The notes beneath the pieces were generated by a model that saw only the letters and a program-made list of their open reading frames with translations, was not told the origin of the DNA and searched no databases. A stretch of DNA of 64,000 bases, from IMG/VR virus record IMGVR_UViG_3300023179_005186, positions 62,001 through 126,000 of that record. One strand, 5' to 3'. Each line of letters starts with the position of its first letter. Position 1 is the first letter of the stretch. Positions 1 through 10,200 of the stretch are shown one piece after another. The translations under genes and the position numbers were made by a program.

Positions 1-2
1 TT

Positions 3-974
3 CATAAAGAAATTTTTAATAAATTAAAAAAAATTGCTGAAGATGATGGTATGCCTCATGTTATTTTTTATGGTAATCCTGGTACTGGAAAAAAAACTAT
101 GATAAATTTATTTTTAGAAATGATTTTTGATAAATCAATTTATAAATTAGATGATTCTAAATATACTGTAATTAGTTCAGGCAATATTGAAAATGAAGTA
201 ATTGTTAAACAAAGTGATCATCATATTATAATTGAACCTAATAATAATAATTTTGATAGGTATTTAATCCAAGATATTGTTAAAGAATATGCACGAAAAT
301 ATCCTTTATGTATTTTTGAAAAAAATAGAAATTTTAAAATGGTTCAAATTAATAATTTAGATAACTTATCATATTATGCACAAACTTCACTAAGACGCAC
401 TATAGAAAAATATTCTAAAACATGTAGATTTATCATGTGGTGTTATTCGTTATCAAAGGTTATTGAACCATTAAGAAGTAGATGTCTTTGTATTCATGTA
501 CCAACTCAATCTGAACAAGATCTAGTTCAATGGACATTTAATATTAGTTCACTTGAAAATGTTAATATTAATTTTCCTGTTTTAAGTTGGATTGTTCAAA
601 ATTCTAATGGAAATCTTAAAGATATACTATGGAAGTTAGATTTATACAAATATTGTGGTAAAATTCAAAATGGATATCAAAAATCTTTGGTATTATTAAT
701 TAATGAAATTACAACTGATGGAGATATTCAAATTATTAGAGATTATATTTATAAAATGATGATTACTAATATTTCTTCAAATGTTATTATTAAAGATATT
801 CTTAATATTATATTAATAAAACTTGATAATGATAAATATCCTAATTCTAAAAAAAAATCTAGTAAAATTATAGATCATGCTTCTAATTTTGAATATAGAC
901 TTTCTAAAGGCCGCAGAGATATTATTCACATTGAAGCATTTATTTTAAATATTATTAATGTACTTAAATCATAA
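3..974 (+). CDS. RFC3: Replication factor C small subunit (RFC3/yeast RFC5-like clamp loader), 5'-truncated by window edge
   Basis: PHVIFYGNPGTGKKT Walker A, SRC motif (LRSRCL), C-terminal HIEAFI. The frame is open upstream of Met51 to the window start (HKEIFNKLKKIAEDDG). Confidence 0.92.
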   Translation, partial: HKEIFNKLKKIAEDDGMPHVIFYGNPGTGKKTMINLFLEMIFDKSIYKLDDSKYTVISSGNIENEVIVKQSDHHIIIEPNNNNFDRYLIQDIVKEYARKYPLCIFEKNRNFKMVQINNLDNLSYYAQTSLRRTIEKYSKTCRFIMWCYSLSKVIEPLRSRCLCIHVPTQSEQDLVQWTFNISSLENVNINFPVLSWIVQNSNGNLKDILWKLDLYKYCGKIQNGYQKSLVLLINEITTDGDIQIIRDYIYKMMITNISSNVIIKDILNIILIKLDNDKYPNSKKKSSKIIDHASNFEYRLSKGRRDIIHIEAFILNIINVLKS

Positions 975-1035
975 ATATATTTTTTTATTTAATAAAGTTA
1001 AATAAATAACAATTTATTTAATTATAAATTTAATT

Positions 1036-2826
1036 ATGTGTGGAATTTGGGGTGTACTTTCTTCAAAATCAATTGAATTAGATCAAAATAAATTATTTAA
1101 TGCATTTAACCAAATTAAAAATAGAGGTCCTGATAAATCTATTTTAATTCAAAATTCTAATTATATTATTGGATTTCATAGATTAGCAATTATAGATACT
1201 AGTATTCAAGGGGATCAACCATTCTCTCATTCTTATTATTATACTAATGATTCAAATGAAAAAATACTTAGAACAATTTATTTAATTGTTAATGGAGAAA
1301 TTTATAATCATAAAGAATTAAAAAATTCTATTGAAGTTAATGATGTTTTGAGCAAATATAATTATACATTTAAATCAGGATCAGATTGTGAAGTTATATT
1401 ACCAATGTATTTAGCTGAAACTAATGTTGATTCACCAAATAAATCTGGTATATCAAATCTAATTTCTAAATTATCTGGTGAATTTGCTTTCGCTATTTTT
1501 GATATTAATTATAATACTGTTTCTAAAATTGAAACATATAATTTATGGACAGGACGTGATCGTTTTGGTATTCGACCATTGTTTTTTTCTAAAATAGATG
1601 AATATACTATTGTATTTGGTTCAGAAGTCAAATCACTTATTGGATTAAATTCTTTATCTAATAATAAAATAGAAGTTCATGATCCTAGAAGTTGGACTAG
1701 TTGGTCTGGTCAAACTAATAAACCATTAGAAATTAAATCTAAATTATATTATGCAGTTGGAAATCTTCCTGTTGTTATTAATCCAGAACCAAGTGATGTT
1801 TATCGTATGATTCAAACTAAATTAACTATGGCTGTTAAATCTAGATTAGAATCTGATCGTGAAATTGGATGTTTGCTTTCAGGAGGTCTTGATTCAAGTT
1901 TAGTTTCTGCAATTGCAGCTAAAGAATTAGATAAAGAAGGTAAAAAATTAAAAACATTTAGTATTGGTATGGAAGATTCTCCAGATGTACACTTTGCCAA
2001 AATTGTTTCTATGCATATTGGTTCTGATCATACCAACATTGAAATTCCTGAATCAGAATGGATTGATGCAATACAAGAAGTAATTAGAATTACTGAAACT
2101 TATGATATTACAACTATTAGAGCTACTACTGGACAATACTTAATTTCAAAATGGATTAAAGCGAATACTGATATCAAAGTTCTTTTAATTGGTGATGGTT
2201 CTGATGAAGCTACAGGTGGATATTTATACTTTCACAAAGCTCCAAATCGTCATGACTTTCATTTTGAATGTATTAGATTACTACATTATATTCATTATTT
2301 TGATGTTTTAAGAGCTGATCGTGGTATTGCTTCAAATGGTCTAGAAGCAAGGGTTCCTTTTTTAGATCATGAATTTATTAATTTATATTTTCAAATTGAT
2401 TTAAATATGAAAACTCCTAAACCACATACTATTGGAGATAAAACTTGTGTATACGAAAAATATTTATTAAGAAAAGCATGGGATTCAACAGATATTTTAC
2501 CTAAATCTGTATTATGGAGAAGAAAAGAAGCGTTTTCCGACGGAATTTCTAGTTCTTCTAAATCTTGGTATCAAATTATTCAAGACCAAGTTGATACTAT
2601 GTATTCAGATTTAGATTTAAAAAATGCTCAAGAATTTTATAAATCAATTAATACAATTATTCCACATACTAAAGAGGCTTTACATTATCATAAAATTTTT
2701 GATTCATTATATCCTAATCAACATCATTTATGTCCTTATTACTGGTTACCAAAATGGATTGAAAATGCATCTGATCCATCTGCAAGAACTCTTAAAGTTT
2801 ATGCAGAAGTAGATGATTATGTATAA
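1036..2826 (+). CDS. asnB: Asparagine synthetase B (glutamine-hydrolysing)
   Basis: N-terminal MCGIWG nucleophile; RGPD, GFHRLAI, NGEIYNH, RDRFGIRPLF, LSGGLDSS, GDGSDE, LEARVPFLD motifs. Confidence 0.97.
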   Translation: MCGIWGVLSSKSIELDQNKLFNAFNQIKNRGPDKSILIQNSNYIIGFHRLAIIDTSIQGDQPFSHSYYYTNDSNEKILRTIYLIVNGEIYNHKELKNSIEVNDVLSKYNYTFKSGSDCEVILPMYLAETNVDSPNKSGISNLISKLSGEFAFAIFDINYNTVSKIETYNLWTGRDRFGIRPLFFSKIDEYTIVFGSEVKSLIGLNSLSNNKIEVHDPRSWTSWSGQTNKPLEIKSKLYYAVGNLPVVINPEPSDVYRMIQTKLTMAVKSRLESDREIGCLLSGGLDSSLVSAIAAKELDKEGKKLKTFSIGMEDSPDVHFAKIVSMHIGSDHTNIEIPESEWIDAIQEVIRITETYDITTIRATTGQYLISKWIKANTDIKVLLIGDGSDEATGGYLYFHKAPNRHDFHFECIRLLHYIHYFDVLRADRGIASNGLEARVPFLDHEFINLYFQIDLNMKTPKPHTIGDKTCVYEKYLLRKAWDSTDILPKSVLWRRKEAFSDGISSSSKSWYQIIQDQVDTMYSDLDLKNAQEFYKSINTIIPHTKEALHYHKIFDSLYPNQHHLCPYYWLPKWIENASDPSARTLKVYAEVDDYV

Positions 2827-2878
2827 AAATAAAAAATTATATAAAAATTTTTCATTCTAATTAAATATTTTTGATTTT

Positions 2879-4111
2879 TTATGATAAATTAATCTTTAAA
2901 ATATCATCTTTATGATTAAAAAAAATTATTTTAAGCTCTTCTAAAATTTTATTTTTATTATCAATATTTTCTCTATCTTCTTCATCATATAATTTGTTTA
3001 AATATGAATTTGCATATTTAATCCATTTTTCTTTGTTTTTAAATTTAGAACTCGTTTTAATAAACTGAATAGTTTTTTCTATTTTATCTTTCTCAAATGG
3101 CTCAGTCAAAATACCCTGAACTTTTTCAAATATACCATTAATTTTATCATTTGTTTTTCCAACCATCCATTTTTTTCCATTAAAATATTTACATTTATTT
3201 CTTGACATATCTACTACACAAAAATTTTTATTTTCAGGTTTCGAATCATTTAAATATAAATGTTTTGTCATATTTGGAATTATATCTTTGCATTTTATCG
3301 TTGCTAAATAATTTAATATTATCTGAATATCTATTTTATCAAACTGTTCTGCTCCATGTGCTAAAATTATATTATTATTTGTTGTACTATTTAATGTATT
3401 ATGTTGTGTATTATTTATTGTTGTATGTTTTAATTTACCTAATTCATTTTTTAATTCAGCACAATTATTTTTTAACTCTTTACAATCATTCTTTAAATCA
3501 TTATTTAAATTTATTAATTGCTTATTTTGTTTATATAATGCTGTTAAAATTAATTTTGTTTGCTCATCTATTTCTATATCCTTTATTAATTCATTTAAAT
3601 ATGCATCATCTTCTTGATGTCTTGAAACTATATTCATTGACCTTGAACATTCTTTTATATCTGTACTTATTATTTTTTCAAATTCTTCTTTATCCTCCTC
3701 TTTTATATCATCTAATATTTTACAATATTTCGATTTATGACGTTTTAATGTATCTGATCTGGAAAATATTTGTAAACAAATATCACACTGATGTACTTTT
3801 TTTACTCTTGATGTTGATTTTCTAATAGGCTGCTCATGTGTGGAGCAGTGTGGAGGTTGTGCGGAGCTTGTGTGGAGCAGTGTGGAGCAGTGTGGAGGTT
3901 GTGCGGAGCTTGTGTGGAGCAGTGTGGAAGTTGTGTGGAGGTTGTGCGGAGCTTGTGTGGAGCAATATTGATCTGGATTTGAGCTGTCAGAATCAGGATT
4001 TACATTGACATTAATTGCTTTACATGAATACTTATTATTATTTATATGTCTTTTAAAATTATATAGTCTATTAAATCCTTTCCCACAATTTGGACATAAA
4101 TGATTTGACAT
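2879..4111 (-). CDS. Two-finger C2HC/C2H2-type zinc-finger protein with coiled coil and conserved NCLDV C-terminal domain (MIGE-like ORF)
   Basis: Fingers CPNC..FNRLYNFKRH..C (aa 6-30) and CDIC..FSRSDTLKRH..C (aa 109-130), a coiled coil, and C-terminal HGAEQFDKI...HLYLNDSKPENKNFCVVD...KYFNGKKW. The architecture resembles recalled MIGE ORFs of Imitervirales. Confidence 0.75.
   Translation of the reverse strand: MSNHLCPNCGKGFNRLYNFKRHINNNKYSCKAINVNVNPDSDSSNPDQYCSTQAPHNLHTTSTLLHTSSAQPPHCSTLLHTSSAQPPHCSTHEQPIRKSTSRVKKVHQCDICLQIFSRSDTLKRHKSKYCKILDDIKEEDKEEFEKIISTDIKECSRSMNIVSRHQEDDAYLNELIKDIEIDEQTKLILTALYKQNKQLINLNNDLKNDCKELKNNCAELKNELGKLKHTTINNTQHNTLNSTTNNNIILAHGAEQFDKIDIQIILNYLATIKCKDIIPNMTKHLYLNDSKPENKNFCVVDMSRNKCKYFNGKKWMVGKTNDKINGIFEKVQGILTEPFEKDKIEKTIQFIKTSSKFKNKEKWIKYANSYLNKLYDEEDRENIDNKNKILEELKIIFFNHKDDILKINLS
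3838..3963 (+). repeat. GC-rich 10/11-bp minisatellite (GTGTGGAGCA / GTGCGGAGCTT / GTGTGGAGGTT) inside the zinc-finger gene
   Basis: GGA(G) cores at 3842, 3852, 3863, 3874, 3884, 3894, 3905, 3916, 3926, 3937, 3948 and 3959. Confidence 0.97.
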
Positions 4112-4168
4112 AAAGTATTTATATATAATAATTATATTTAAATTTTAAATATATTTTATATCAAATCC

Positions 4169-4573
4169 ATTGCTCCAACTTGGAGCAATAGTAAAAAATT
4201 ATTTAATTGGTTCGCCGATATTTATTTTATACTTGTTTTTTCTTAGTTTATATTACAAAATGTCTAACACAACACAACTTGCTCCAATTTGGAGCAAATT
4301 ACTCAAACATACACATTGTTAACTATTATACTTTTTAAATGTTAATAATATTATTTTAAATTAAAAAAATATATATGTAACTAACTTGCTCCAAGTTGGA
4401 GCAAAACTCCACACTGCTCCAACTTGGAGCAGCATCCACACAGAGTTTGTGCGGAGGTTTGCTCCAAGTTGGAGCAAAACTAATTCGTTAGCTTATTAAC
4501 ATTTATTTTTATCATTTTTTGCGTTTTTTATCAAAAAATATATAAGTATACTACTTGCTCCAAGTTGGAGCAA
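4169..4573. repeat. Cluster of six 19-bp palindromes TGCTCCAA-N-TTGGAGCA
   Basis: Copies at 4169-4189, 4279-4297, 4386-4404, 4414-4432, 4458-4478 and 4555-4573. Confidence 0.97.
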
Positions 4574-4688
4574 ATTACACAACCATACACATAGCCAACC
4601 GATATACTTTTTATCAATCTTTGTTAGAATTTATGTATAACTGCAAACTAATTTACACAAATCTCCACACAAAATTTCTTAAAAATTT

Positions 4689-4799
4689 GTGTGTGTGTAG
4701 GAGGGGTAAAAAAAAATAAAATATATTTTTTTTATAAATTTTTTTTTTATTTTTAATTTTAAAATTTTTTTATTTTTTATACTTTTATTTTTAAAATTA
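4689..4799. other. (GT)5-AGGAGGGG motif followed by a 93-bp almost pure A/T tract
   Basis: 4707-4799 contains a single C (4782) and no G. Confidence 0.85.
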
Positions 4800-4895
4800 C
4801 GAGATGATAAAAACAAAATAAAAATAAAAAATATGGTCTGATTAAGATTGCATTAATATAAAAAAATAATATATTTACATCTGATAAAAAAATTC

Positions 4896-5126
4896 AAGAG
4901 CATAAATGGTCTTAAAGATAAATAAAATATAATTTTAATGATCTGTATCATCTAAAAACAAGATTATAAAGAGCATAAATGGTCTTAAAGATAAATAAAA
5001 TATAATTTTAATGATCTGTATCATCTAAAAACAAGATTATAAAGAGCATAAATGGTCTTAAAGATAAATAAAATATAATTTTAATGATCTGTATCATCTA
5101 AAAACAAGATTATAAAGAGCATAAAT
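4896..5126 (+). repeat. Three perfect 73-bp direct repeats plus a partial fourth (non-coding)
   Basis: GAGCATAAAT recurs at 4898, 4971, 5044 and 5117, and the intervening sequence is identical. Confidence 0.97.
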
Positions 5127-5197
5127 AGTTTTGAAAATATAAAAATATCAAGCTTATGATCTATAAAATAATTTATAGAGTATATAATTTAAAAATA

Positions 5198-5734
5198 TTA
5201 TAGTTCTTCTGATATTGATATAAATTTTGTTTGATTTTCAATATCAAAATACCATCCCCATAATTTATCATCAGTTATATAATTTTCAAAATCAGATGGT
5301 TCTTTCTTATAATAAAAGTTTGAAGATTTAACAAAATATCCAAAATTATTCCTTTTAATAATTAAATTTAATGATCTAAAACTTTTTATTGTATTAATTT
5401 TCAAGTTAGTATTATTACTTTCAGATGGTATATTTTTTATTAATTGATTAAGATTATTATTAGATTTGTTAAATTTAATTTTTGAGTTATTTTTTTTTTT
5501 ATAAAATATTGATTTAATCAAATTATTTAATTTTATCAAAATAATAAAACCAATAATACTAAACAAACACCAAAAATCTAAATTAATTAAATTTTTTTGG
5601 TTTTTGTATAAATATAAAATAATATATTTAATTAATTTAAATATTGTGAAAAAAAGTATAACTGTATAAAGTAAAATTTTTTTATTATTTAATATATAAT
5701 CTATTATGTTAATTAAAATAGTATTTTTATTCAT
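5198..5734 (-). CDS. Hypothetical membrane protein
   Basis: 178 aa ORF with two hydrophobic segments; no recognised family. Confidence 0.55.
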   Translation of the reverse strand: MNKNTILINIIDYILNNKKILLYTVILFFTIFKLIKYIILYLYKNQKNLINLDFWCLFSIIGFIILIKLNNLIKSIFYKKKNNSKIKFNKSNNNLNQLIKNIPSESNNTNLKINTIKSFRSLNLIIKRNNFGYFVKSSNFYYKKEPSDFENYITDDKLWGWYFDIENQTKFISISEEL

Positions 5735-5838
5735 AACATTTATATTAATTCTAATAATAAGTATTAAGATTAATTTTTTAATTAAAAAAGATATTATAAT
5801 ATTTTTTTTTTTACAGATAAATAATTTATCAAATTTTT

Positions 5839-7137
5839 TTATTCTTCATTATAGAATAATGGCTTTGGAAAAGCATATCCACTTAATATAGCTTCTCTAC
5901 TATCAGCTGTAGCATAAACAGGATATGGAACATTAACATTAAAGTTATTCATTTCAAGATCATGTTCTCTTTGTTTTTTGTTAAATTCTTTAATAATTTC
6001 ATGATCTTGCATAATTTTGCATTCACCAAGAGCAGAAAATGAATAATAATTATCATCGCCATCAATATTAGAAACTCTTTTTGATGGTTGAGCAGCACAA
6101 TCATAATCATAATCAAAGTTATTAGTATAATAACCATCAATAAAAATATATTCAATAGCAACTTTTTGAAGAGTATTAATACCTTGAGGTTGGGTGATTG
6201 AACAATCTTTTGTCCACATATTAACACATTCTCCAGGATCATTTATTGTAACAAAATGTACAGTAATTTTAAGTTGATCTGAAACAGATTTAAGAATTTT
6301 TTTGATAACAAAAGAAACAATATATTTAGTTTGAGCTTCAGTATATTCTCTAGTCATACTAATAATATCAATAAGTTCTACAGGTGAGTTTGGTGGAGTA
6401 TCTGCATATAAATTATAATCAACTCCGATTTCTTTATAAAATTTATTTATACCTTTATCTTGAACATATTTAGAATCTTGTGAAGTTAAAGGTAAATAAT
6501 TATTATAATTATTAATAATTTCAGCATTTTCAGGAAGTTGTTTGACTTGTTCATTTAATTTATTAAGAAATTGAGCAACTAATTTAATAAATTCAAATGG
6601 TGGGTAAGGATTTGTAGCTTTAGGATTATAAATAGTAGTTGTTACAGGTAAAGTTTGTAAATTAAAGAATGATTTTTGATCAGGACAAATATAATTAAAT
6701 GCAGTTAGAATATCTCTATAAGCATCATTAAATTGTGATTCAATAAAAAATTTATTTAATTTTTTACATGGAATAAGAGATTTTGTTTTAGTTCTAGACT
6801 TCTTTTTACTTTTTTTAGATTTAGATAAATTATTTTCATACATATTATAATTATGCATATTTAGTCTTCTAGCAAGATCTGAAGAATTAATAACATTGTT
6901 AGAGTTTTCATCGGACATCAAAGGTAAAGTATTAGCTCCAAGTATTTGACTGTTATCAGGTATATTTGCACCTAATTGTGCTTGACTCAATCCTTTCACA
7001 AAAGGATTAGTAATATTAATATATGGTTCTTCTTTATCTACATTACAATTATTCATAGATTTATTAGAAAAGGTTGTATATATTTTAAAAATTACAAGTA
7101 TGATTAATACAATTAATATAATTCTTATCCAATGCAT
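5839..7137 (-). CDS. Hypothetical protein with N-terminal membrane anchor
   Basis: 432 aa ORF, MHWIRIILIVLIILVIF anchor, typical codon usage. Confidence 0.75.
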   Translation of the reverse strand: MHWIRIILIVLIILVIFKIYTTFSNKSMNNCNVDKEEPYINITNPFVKGLSQAQLGANIPDNSQILGANTLPLMSDENSNNVINSSDLARRLNMHNYNMYENNLSKSKKSKKKSRTKTKSLIPCKKLNKFFIESQFNDAYRDILTAFNYICPDQKSFFNLQTLPVTTTIYNPKATNPYPPFEFIKLVAQFLNKLNEQVKQLPENAEIINNYNNYLPLTSQDSKYVQDKGINKFYKEIGVDYNLYADTPPNSPVELIDIISMTREYTEAQTKYIVSFVIKKILKSVSDQLKITVHFVTINDPGECVNMWTKDCSITQPQGINTLQKVAIEYIFIDGYYTNNFDYDYDCAAQPSKRVSNIDGDDNYYSFSALGECKIMQDHEIIKEFNKKQREHDLEMNNFNVNVPYPVYATADSREAILSGYAFPKPLFYNEE

Positions 7138-7217
7138 TTATAATTTATAGATATATAAATATTTTATAATTTAATTTTTATTTACTACAAAATAAAAAGT
7201 AATTTTATTAAAAAAAT

Positions 7218-10200
7218 TTAATAATAGTATTCTCCCGGTGAAAGAACATTGTCTTTAATCATTTTTTGTATATTATCTCTAAATTGGTAATTAGAATATA
7301 TATCAAATCTTCCTTCTTCATCAAGAATTTCATCTCCCATATCATATCCTTGAGTTTCCTCATAATCATCATATAATTCATCTCTACGTCTTTTTTGTTC
7401 ATCTTCGGATAATTTAGTAAATTCTTCTTCAGCATTAACTTGTTCATAATAGTCTATAGCATCTAATAAAATATCTGCATTTTGTGTTTCTATATAAAAT
7501 TCAGAAGCATATCTAATTTGATGATAATAATTAAATTCTTTATTATGATAATATACTTCATAATTATAAGTATTAAATAAAATACAAATAATATCAATAA
7601 TAAAGTGTGCAATATTAGTTTTATTTGCTTTATTAGTATTATATTCAAGTAAACGCATAAATTCATCTAATATATAATTTAAAACAAAATTACCGATAGT
7701 GTCATTTTTAATTATATAATTATAATCAATATAATTAGAGAATTTAAGTTGATTATTTTTATTAATTTTAATACTAAAAGGTAAATAAGTGATTATATCA
7801 TTTATATATTTAAGAAATGTATGTGTATTATTTTTATCAGTAATTTCAGTTTTAATATCAGAATCAATTTTCTTCTGATATTTAACATATAAAACATCAA
7901 TTGGATTATTCGAAGGATCAGGATATGAAACTAATTGGTTATTATTAGGGTTAATAAACTCTACAATTTCCAAGTCTACTTTATATTTATATTTAAATCT
8001 GTTAATATATTTATTTAATTCTATGCCTAATTTTTTAATAATTTGAAATCTTCTAATACAAACTTTATCAATAAAATCTTTCATTGAAAAGTATTTATTA
8101 TTAATAAATTTATCATTAATATCTTGTTCAGTCATACCATACATTTGTGGATACATATCTTTAATATTAATTTGTTGTCTAGTAAGACCAAATAATAATA
8201 GCATATTTTTAATAGAATAATTAATTGTAAGTTTACAATTATTTTTTTTTAAATTAATATATTCTTTATTTACTTCACGATAACCAAGAAGATTTTTTTC
8301 TAAGAAATCATAAAATAATTCATATTTAGTATTTCTTTGCATAGTATAAACTAACACGTTTCTTTTAAAATATGGATGATTTTCTATTACTCTAAATTTA
8401 TTTTCTTTTTCATATATTTGAATAGGTTTATCTAATTTGGTCCCATTGTAATCATGATCAATAAAATAAATATTGTAATGTAAATTGTATACATTATTAT
8501 TAATAATAATATCAATACCTAATAATTTTTGAATGGTATCTAAAATTATATTGATAGATTTATTGATATCATTATCATATTTTTGAAATTTATACATAAT
8601 TTTATCAAATATTTTTTTAACTTTATTAATTTCATTAGAATTACTTGTTTTAAGATCTTTAATATATTCTGATATTTTATTATTAATATGTTTTTTTTTT
8701 TCTTCAATAATATCAAACATTTTAAATAATTCTTTATCAGTGTTAAGAATAGGTGATCCTAAATGATATTTACATTTAGAACAAATACTAATATCTTTTT
8801 TCGTGTCATAGTCAAATTGATGAATATTACCATTAATGCAATATTTATTAGCTAATTTACGCAGATATAGAATAATTTGTCTTTGATATAATAATTTAAT
8901 ACTATCTGTAATTAAATTTTTAGGATTTACTTCTTCTTTACATCTAGAACAAATAAATGTTATTCCATTATGTTGAAAATTATGAAAAGGTCCATCAATA
9001 CAATTAGTTAAATTAGAAATTTGATCAATTTCAACTAAATATTTAGAACGATATTTATAAATAAATTTTTCCAATGAGAATTTTTTATAAAATTTATTAT
9101 AAAGATCATCAAAATAAAAATTATTAAAAATATTATTATTAGGAATTAAATCATATTTATTAGAGTCTATTGATAATTGTTTATCATCTTTATTTGAAAT
9201 AATTTGTAAATACATTTTATCAAGTTTTCTAATTAATTCAGTATCTTTAAAAAGATCTAATTTAAAATAATATTTAGTTTGAAGTACTTCATATACATAA
9301 TATTTATTTTTTTTCATTTCATCTGAATCAACCAATAAAATAGTATTAAATATTTCAACAAAAGTATTAATTATGCTTTTTTGAAGAACAACTTTATGTG
9401 CATTGAATTTATTTTTATCAGAAATTTTAACTTCAGATGATAGATCAATCCAAATATTATATTGAGTCATTAAACAACTAGTTAAGTAAATGATATAACA
9501 TAATATTGGATATTCTTTGATACTTACATAATCACCAGATTTATTGATGATAATTTTAAGATTATCAAAAAGACTAAAGCCAATTTTTTTAAATATATAA
9601 TATGAACAAAATTTATTATTCGTTAAAACTTGAATTTGTGTATCATTTAATTCAAAAATAATGTTTAATAAAATGTAACATAATACATTATTATATTTAA
9701 TAATTTTGTAATAATCTTTATCTTTACTAGAATAAATAAATATATCATTTTTAAGTTCAAAAATAAAAAATATAGAAGATGCTTTATTTATACCAAATTT
9801 TTGAATATAATCATCTCTATGACTTTGATATTCTTTTTTTAAATAATTATATTGTACTAATACTAAATCAATTACATCTTTAACAAGATTTCTTCTTCTA
9901 CTTCTTATTTGTGAAGTTGATCCTTTAAGACCATGTAAATTAAATATTGAAGCCATACGTTCAATGATTTTATCAATATTTCTTATGGATGTTTTATATT
10001 TTTCATATTCTGGTAATTCTTCAATATTAACATCCATTTGTATACTGAATGTAACAAAAAAATTAGTATTTGTATCAAATTGTCCATCTTGGATATATTT
10101 TTTAACATTAATAGGTGCCTTACAACTTTTACATATATAATCAAGATTGGTACTAACATCAACATATTGTTGAATAAATTCATAAACAAGATCAGAATAT

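Noticed and set aside
3202-3825. 207-aa plus-strand ORF
   Set aside because: Antisense shadow of the zinc-finger gene; L/Y-rich with no motifs.
4169-4573. CRISPR or MIMIVIRE-like array
   Set aside because: Gaps between repeats are very irregular (about 9 to 89 bp) and partly duplicated, repeats are only 19 bp, and no cas-like nuclease or helicase is adjacent.
2827-5197. Terminal inverted repeats or target-site duplication bounding the ZnF island
   Set aside because: The flanks are too AT-rich to distinguish real ends from chance matches by eye.
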